Positions 59,197 through 64,000 of a stretch of 64,000 nucleotides of DNA are shown in pieces. Under the pieces are notes generated by a model. It was given only the letters and a program-made list of their open reading frames with translations, made no database searches and was not told where the DNA came from. This stretch comes from Elainellaceae cyanobacterium. GTDB lineage: Bacteria > Cyanobacteriota > Cyanobacteriia > CAZCXK01. The stretch lies in contig JBNPEG010000003.1 in the NCBI GenBank assembly GCA_051117555.1, forward strand, positions 1 through 64,000, read 5' to 3'. A program made the position numbers and the translations under genes. Numbering within the stretch: position 1 is the stretch's first letter; every line of letters starts with the position of its first letter.

Positions 59197-59284
59197 ATAG
59201 CAATTTGCAATTGCGTCAAGGACAGAAACGGTGTGTGGAGCGCGCCCCACACCACCGTACTTAACCCAAGTGCATACCGCTATA
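59197..59284 (-). mobile_element. Very small dispersed repeat (second family), ATAGC...GCTATA termini
   Basis: 24-nt imperfect terminal inverted repeats, several of whose mismatches become G-U on the - strand. Inner ACGGTGTGTGG/CCACACCACCGT hairpin. Confidence 0.6.
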
Positions 59285-59327
59285 ATCGCGTGATTGATGA
59301 GGATGGTTATTGCGATCGCCCTGGTTT

Positions 59328-60104
59328 CTACCGGACTATGATTTTGGGGTCAGGGTCTATCGCCTCTGAGGTTGACCGACGCTCTTCCAACCGTTTTTCC
59401 CAAGCATCGTGATTGGCTTTGGCGTCTTGAATGATGGGCGAAGCCTCGATTAGTCGGCAAACCAGCCAATTGACCCACGACAAGGGAAAACGCATCGGAC
59501 GCAGCACGTCAAGGAATAGCACGACGCGATAGCCGTCGGTGTCATTCCAAACTTCGTGATAATAGGTGTCGTCAAAAATTAAACTTTTTCCTTCTTCCCA
59601 ATGCGCGACTTGATCGTCGATTTGGATGCGACATTGATCTCTAGGCTCAGGAACTTTGAGCCCCAAATGATAGCGAATTAGCCCCTTATGCTTGCCCCGA
59701 TGACGGGGGATATGTTTGCCTGGCGCCAAGATTGAAAAGAAGGCGACTTTCAGCCCCGGAACTCTCTCTAAGAGTTGGGTTGTCTCAGGGCAGCGATCGC
59801 AGTTTTTTTGAGCCTTAAAACTATATGCCTTAAAGAAATAGGTCTTCCAACGGTTATCGTTGGCAATTCGATATTGGCGTGTGGAAATATCTTGAAAATT
59901 TGGCAATGCCTCTACGTCTTGAAGCACCTGATCAAGCTCTTGGCGGATGACGGCCCAGTTTGCCTCAAACTCGTGTGCCCAAGGAAACTGCTCTGCTGAG
60001 AAAAAGATTGAGTCTCCGACCAGCGAGTACTTTGGAACGAGCCGCTCGATATAGGGAACCGCTTTCTCAAGTCGTTTAACTACGAAATCAAAAATGCCTT
60101 TCAT
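59328..60104 (-). CDS. Aspartyl/asparaginyl beta-hydroxylase family 2OG-Fe(II) dioxygenase
   Basis: FSILAPGKHIPRHRG, RYHLGL, WEEGKSLIFDDTYYHEVWN and RVVLFLD. Confidence 0.9.
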   Translation of the reverse strand: MKGIFDFVVKRLEKAVPYIERLVPKYSLVGDSIFFSAEQFPWAHEFEANWAVIRQELDQVLQDVEALPNFQDISTRQYRIANDNRWKTYFFKAYSFKAQKNCDRCPETTQLLERVPGLKVAFFSILAPGKHIPRHRGKHKGLIRYHLGLKVPEPRDQCRIQIDDQVAHWEEGKSLIFDDTYYHEVWNDTDGYRVVLFLDVLRPMRFPLSWVNWLVCRLIEASPIIQDAKANHDAWEKRLEERRSTSEAIDPDPKIIVR

Positions 60105-60147
60105 TCACTCCTCGTGTTGCTCAGTCTATTTTTGTAACGGGATGATC

Positions 60148-61839
60148 CTATAGCTCGTAAGAATCGCCCGGCATTCTCACCTCTTGTTCGACGGTCAGCC
60201 CGGTTAAAAACTGACGATCTTCGTTGACTTTTGGGAACTTGATATGAGATTCAGGAATTCCATGTTGGAGAAACCGTTGGCGAAGTGCCGAAAAACTTCC
60301 ACGTGACAGAATCCTCAATCGGGGAGGCGGCACCTGATCTCGACGCTTCACTGCATAGGAGGTGTGAATTTCCTGAAGCCGTTGATCAAACCGGACGATA
60401 AATGCTTGGGGATGATCGAGTGAATATCCCGATGGAAGTTCAATATTAACCAGATAATGAGGCGGAATGCGATCGCCCGACAGGGTGATACAGAAATTCT
60501 CAAGGGGACTATCAAACTCTCGCTGGAGCGCTTGCATGACTTGAGTCACGTGAAACTCAGTTGTTTTTTCGGTTGTCGATGACAACAGCCCACCCCGACG
60601 ATGGCGAAATGTCACCAGAGGAGTTTGATTATAAAACCCAACCACCTCTACCACATCTCCAATGTCATACCGATAAAAACCGTTATAGTTAGTGACCAAG
60701 ATGCGGTACGATTCTCCAACTCTCACCTCTTCTGCCAGTAAGGTTTTAGGCTGATCGACCTCCCACTGATCGGGCGGGATAAACTCATAGAAGCCGGTGT
60801 CGAGCGATAGAACGGTGCCATCGGTATTAAAGTCTGGATAAATGCCAAAGACGGCTTCTGCTGATGCATAAAGTCCGCCAAAGATAGGCGTGTCTCCGAA
60901 ATAGTCAGGGTATCGTTCAAAGTAGAAATTTGACGTTCCTCCGCGCGCCGTCACAATAAACGACAAATTAGACCACGCAAGTTTTGGGGTCAGGCGACCT
61001 TCTGCCTTCAAAATCGCTTTTAGCTGAGCCGCTCGCCGAGGCGCAGGTGACAGTTGTCGCTCAAGCGTGTGACGGAGTTTGGGTTCTAGCTTGAGCCAGG
61101 GTGCGATCGCCCCGATTTCTAAATCTTCGAGGAGAGAGTCTGCGTGGTGTTCTAAATAGTCACACAACCGAAGTCCCAAGACCGGAAAGTTGGCACCCAG
61201 GACGCCTGTCTGGGGATTTCTCAATGCGAACAGCAAACACACATAATGACGCGCTAAACTATCTGCTGGTCGAAGCGCATCGTGGGGATGCGCAAAGACT
61301 TGGCGATGCAGAAACCCCGCCATTCGCAAATCGCCAACGCTCACCGGACCATACGGAATTCCGGCGGGTGTATGCCCTAATAATTGCGTTGAACTGGTTA
61401 ATAGCATCTTGCCAATCGGGCGCTTTTGCCGGTGAGCGGCTTCGAAGGCAAATCCCATGCCAAGGTGATTGGCGTGACTGCGGACGCGACGCGCACCGTG
61501 AGTGACCGGAATGAGCTTCTTCTTACCCGTTGATCCACTGGTGAGATTTAGGTAAATCACGGGATCGGGGGTCATCACATTAGCTTCGCCCTGAGCAATG
61601 CGGTCTAGATAGGGCTCGTAAAATTGATAGGGCTGAATAGGAATGCGATCGCAAAATTGATCAACGGTTTTAATGGACGCAAGTCCTAAATCGTGCCCCA
61701 ATTCGGTCTGCCGATGCGCGCGCAGCAGTGAAAAAAGGAACGTTTCTTGAGCCTCGCCTGGACGATAGGTTTTGCGAATAAATGCCTTTCTCGTACGCTG
61801 CGTCGTGGCAGCAATTAGTGCCAGCATCGGAGTTGTCAT
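60148..61839 (-). CDS. GH3-family acyl acid-amido synthetase
   Basis: Adenylation motifs TSGSTGKKKLIP, YASAE and GFYRYDIGD. FYEFIP and a C-terminal KFP. Confidence 0.9.
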   Translation of the reverse strand: MTTPMLALIAATTQRTRKAFIRKTYRPGEAQETFLFSLLRAHRQTELGHDLGLASIKTVDQFCDRIPIQPYQFYEPYLDRIAQGEANVMTPDPVIYLNLTSGSTGKKKLIPVTHGARRVRSHANHLGMGFAFEAAHRQKRPIGKMLLTSSTQLLGHTPAGIPYGPVSVGDLRMAGFLHRQVFAHPHDALRPADSLARHYVCLLFALRNPQTGVLGANFPVLGLRLCDYLEHHADSLLEDLEIGAIAPWLKLEPKLRHTLERQLSPAPRRAAQLKAILKAEGRLTPKLAWSNLSFIVTARGGTSNFYFERYPDYFGDTPIFGGLYASAEAVFGIYPDFNTDGTVLSLDTGFYEFIPPDQWEVDQPKTLLAEEVRVGESYRILVTNYNGFYRYDIGDVVEVVGFYNQTPLVTFRHRRGGLLSSTTEKTTEFHVTQVMQALQREFDSPLENFCITLSGDRIPPHYLVNIELPSGYSLDHPQAFIVRFDQRLQEIHTSYAVKRRDQVPPPRLRILSRGSFSALRQRFLQHGIPESHIKFPKVNEDRQFLTGLTVEQEVRMPGDSYEL

Positions 61840-61896
61840 GAATCAGAACCTCACACCATCTTCACACCATCTATAATCTTGCGTTGATCGATGCTC

Positions 61897-61983
61897 ATAG
61901 CCCTACGGGCTTGGATTTGTGGTTAAAATCCGCATGCCGCAGGGTTCTACGTCCGATAGTCTGACGCGAGAGCATAGGGCTAT
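61897..61983 (-). other. Structured repeat or candidate leader RNA, copy 1 (5' of GH3 gene)
   Basis: Termini ATAGCCCTACG...CATAGGGCTAT. Shares several sequence blocks with 63626-63693. Confidence 0.6.
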
Positions 61984-62185
61984 ACCGCTCATTGCATTAA
62001 TTTGCTGAGAAATATTAAACCATTCTTCGTCTCGTCTCTAAATGATTTCAATAGCTTATCGCTATGGAGTGCAGGGTGTGGGTACTGATTGAGACAGCTT
62101 TTAAAGGGGTACATACCTCTGACCGGTCAATTCCACGTCTTTCGTTGGACGAGAGAATCTGGGGATCTGCCGAAAATCGTAGTGG

Positions 62186-63580
62186 CTATTCGCTGGTATT
62201 TGCCTGTTTGTCTCTAGTCGGCGTGCAGTGACTTGCAATCAGTGCGATTGTGAACCACCAAACGGTGCTCACTTGCGGACGATACCAAACGGTATCGACT
62301 AATCCATGAGCTAACATCCCAACGGCAGTGGCGATCGCCGCAATGAGCCAGATACCCTGGCGATCGCCCCCCTGACGCAATCGTTGAAGCTGTATCCAGC
62401 CGTGGTTCAACGTGACGAGCAAGATCCACAGGAAACAGATAAATCCAATAAATCCTGTCTCGACGATAATTTCTAAAAATACGGAATATGCGCTGAGTGC
62501 CGTATAGCCCGCTTCTTGATAAAAAGGATAAACTTTGTTGAAGGCGTCGTTGCCTGGACCGATTCCCAATATTGGGCGATCGCCAATCATAGCTAGCACA
62601 GACTTCCAGACATTCATTCGGAAACCGCCGCTGCTGTCGTCTTGCCAGCTAAAGATACTCGATACGCGATCATAAAGTGGGTCGACAGTGAGCACAGCGG
62701 AGGTTAGAAGTGCAGCAGAGCCGCCTAAGACGAGTGGCAACGTCCACCTGCGCCAGAATTTAGACCAATGAATTCTAAACCAGTGAATGAGCAAAAGGAC
62801 AGCAATAAACCCACCCGCGACCATTCCGATCCAACCGCCTCGGCTAAAGGTCAACACCAAACACGCCAAATTGACGAGCGTCATAACACCAGCTAGCAAT
62901 TTTGCGCCCCAGTGTTTCCAGCCAAAGATGGCAACGCCGCTAAATATCGCCGCCGGAATTAGATAACCCGCTAACAAATTTGGATTGCCTAGATAGCTAT
63001 ATACGCGAGTTGTGCCTGCCAAGGAGGATTCTGGATCAACCCATGTGGCCAGTGCCGACGCGCCAAAAAACCACTGACGTAATCCCACAATGCTAACTAG
63101 CAACGCGGCATGTAAATAAACGCCAATCACAACGCTACGAATCTGGGGCGATCGCAGCAGTCGGGCTAACAGTGCGAATAGTAATAAGTAGAGAGTGAGT
63201 TTGATCCAGCCGTCGAACGCATATATCCGGACTGGCGATAGTGCGGTTGCAATAGTTGCAATTCCCCAATATAGAAAAATAGTCAGATGAATCGGCGTGA
63301 CCCCAACGCCCGATTCATCGGATACCGTTAGCAGCACCCAAAATCCACCACAGACGAGCAGTAAAAGCCCAATCCACGTTGTCGACAATACTGGAGATAA
63401 ACCAAATATTAGGAGAACAAACCCCGTTGCGATGAGCTCAGCCCATTGAAGCAGCCAACTTTCCTTGCGCCATGCTCCGGCTAGCCCCACAATCTGATGG
63501 AGATAACTTGATTGATTCCACTCGCGAATCGACAACCGGCTGAGAGTCAGCTGTTGCCAGATGAATTGCATGGTTTTCAT
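62186..63580 (-). CDS. ictB: IctB family protein (O-antigen ligase/Wzy_C-like membrane protein)
   Basis: LATWVDP, TRVYSYLGNPNLLAGY, TFSRGGW, FRMNVW, GIGPGN, ALSAYS and HGLVDTVWYRP. Confidence 0.9.
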   Translation of the reverse strand: MKTMQFIWQQLTLSRLSIREWNQSSYLHQIVGLAGAWRKESWLLQWAELIATGFVLLIFGLSPVLSTTWIGLLLLVCGGFWVLLTVSDESGVGVTPIHLTIFLYWGIATIATALSPVRIYAFDGWIKLTLYLLLFALLARLLRSPQIRSVVIGVYLHAALLVSIVGLRQWFFGASALATWVDPESSLAGTTRVYSYLGNPNLLAGYLIPAAIFSGVAIFGWKHWGAKLLAGVMTLVNLACLVLTFSRGGWIGMVAGGFIAVLLLIHWFRIHWSKFWRRWTLPLVLGGSAALLTSAVLTVDPLYDRVSSIFSWQDDSSGGFRMNVWKSVLAMIGDRPILGIGPGNDAFNKVYPFYQEAGYTALSAYSVFLEIIVETGFIGFICFLWILLVTLNHGWIQLQRLRQGGDRQGIWLIAAIATAVGMLAHGLVDTVWYRPQVSTVWWFTIALIASHCTPTRDKQANTSE

Positions 63581-63625
63581 GGGTTTCCATCAAGGCCGAG
63601 AGATTGTGTATATCTTGAGTATGTG

Positions 63626-63693
63626 AGCCCCACGGGCTCGGATTTGTGTGGTTGACACACGTTCGATGCCCTAACGCGAGAGCGTAAGGCTAT
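63626..63693 (-). other. Structured repeat or candidate leader RNA, copy 2 (5' of ictB)
   Basis: AGCCCCACGGGCTCGGATTTGTG...ACGTTCGATGCCCTAACGCGAGAGCGTAAGGCTAT, homologous to copy 1. Confidence 0.6.
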
Positions 63694-64000
63694 CAGTCAG
63701 ATTATGAATCAAGGCAATCCTCATTCTAAGGCGTTGATTCTGAAACCCGATACAAATGTTAAATTTTTGGTAAAGTTGGGAAATCTGGGGTGGAAGAGGT
63801 TGTCATAAAATTCATAAAGAAATCAACCTTGATAATAAAGATTTATAGACTTGGCTCATATCGATCATTAAAACGATAGAGGAGTTTTCCGACGCCATTT
63901 CCTGAAAGAGTTACTGATTATGTATTGAAAACAGGGAAATGGCTTAAGCTCTCTCTGCCGTTAAAATCACTCTAATCGGGAGCAGCATAGTTTTGCGTGT

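Larger units (their letters stand above)
1..64000. repeat. HIP1 (GCGATCGC, often GGCGATCGCC) highly iterated palindrome, dispersed
   Basis: Many dozens of occurrences in coding and intergenic DNA, e.g. near 231, 951, 1946, 28085 and 62331. Confidence 0.95.

Noticed and set aside
657..62429. Numerous 60-150 aa ORFs nested in or antisense to long genes in the ORF track
   Set aside because: They are shadow ORFs of well-supported genes, with no recognisable motifs.
62186..63580. IctB as a bicarbonate transporter
   Set aside because: This is a historical annotation. The sequence features fit an O-antigen ligase/polymerase-like membrane protein, so no transport function is claimed.

Overview
This is a 64-kb cyanobacterial chromosomal segment. 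The evidence is very frequent HIP1 (GCGATCGC) sites, a GvpG tail, a PetF-type ferredoxin, an IctB-family gene and squalene-hopene cyclase. Housekeeping genes (pcrA, holB, tmk, hisA, a YajQ-family gene, a Cu-type P1B ATPase) are mixed with signalling genes (three histidine kinases, response regulators, a Ser/Thr kinase, two FHA proteins, TPR proteins) and accessory enzymes. The best candidate for an undescribed system lies between hisA and ictB (54.5-61.8 kb). It is an NRPS/PKS-free small-molecule or aminolipid cluster with a GH3 acyl-amido synthetase, an AspH-type 2OG/Fe hydroxylase, a Rieske oxygenase, a divergent PLP alpha-oxoamine synthase and an MFS transporter. A conserved, strand-specific structured motif sits 5' of both the GH3 gene and ictB. 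Other points of interest are a Rof/YaeO-like protein in a normally Rho-less lineage, a putative exported amino-acid oxidase plus Rid pair, a TM2/TM2/DUF2752 operon next to the Cu ATPase, several very small structured dispersed repeats, and a HIP1-containing tandem array. No rRNA, tRNA, transposase or CRISPR array was recognised. All functional calls come from motifs read by eye; no database search was run.
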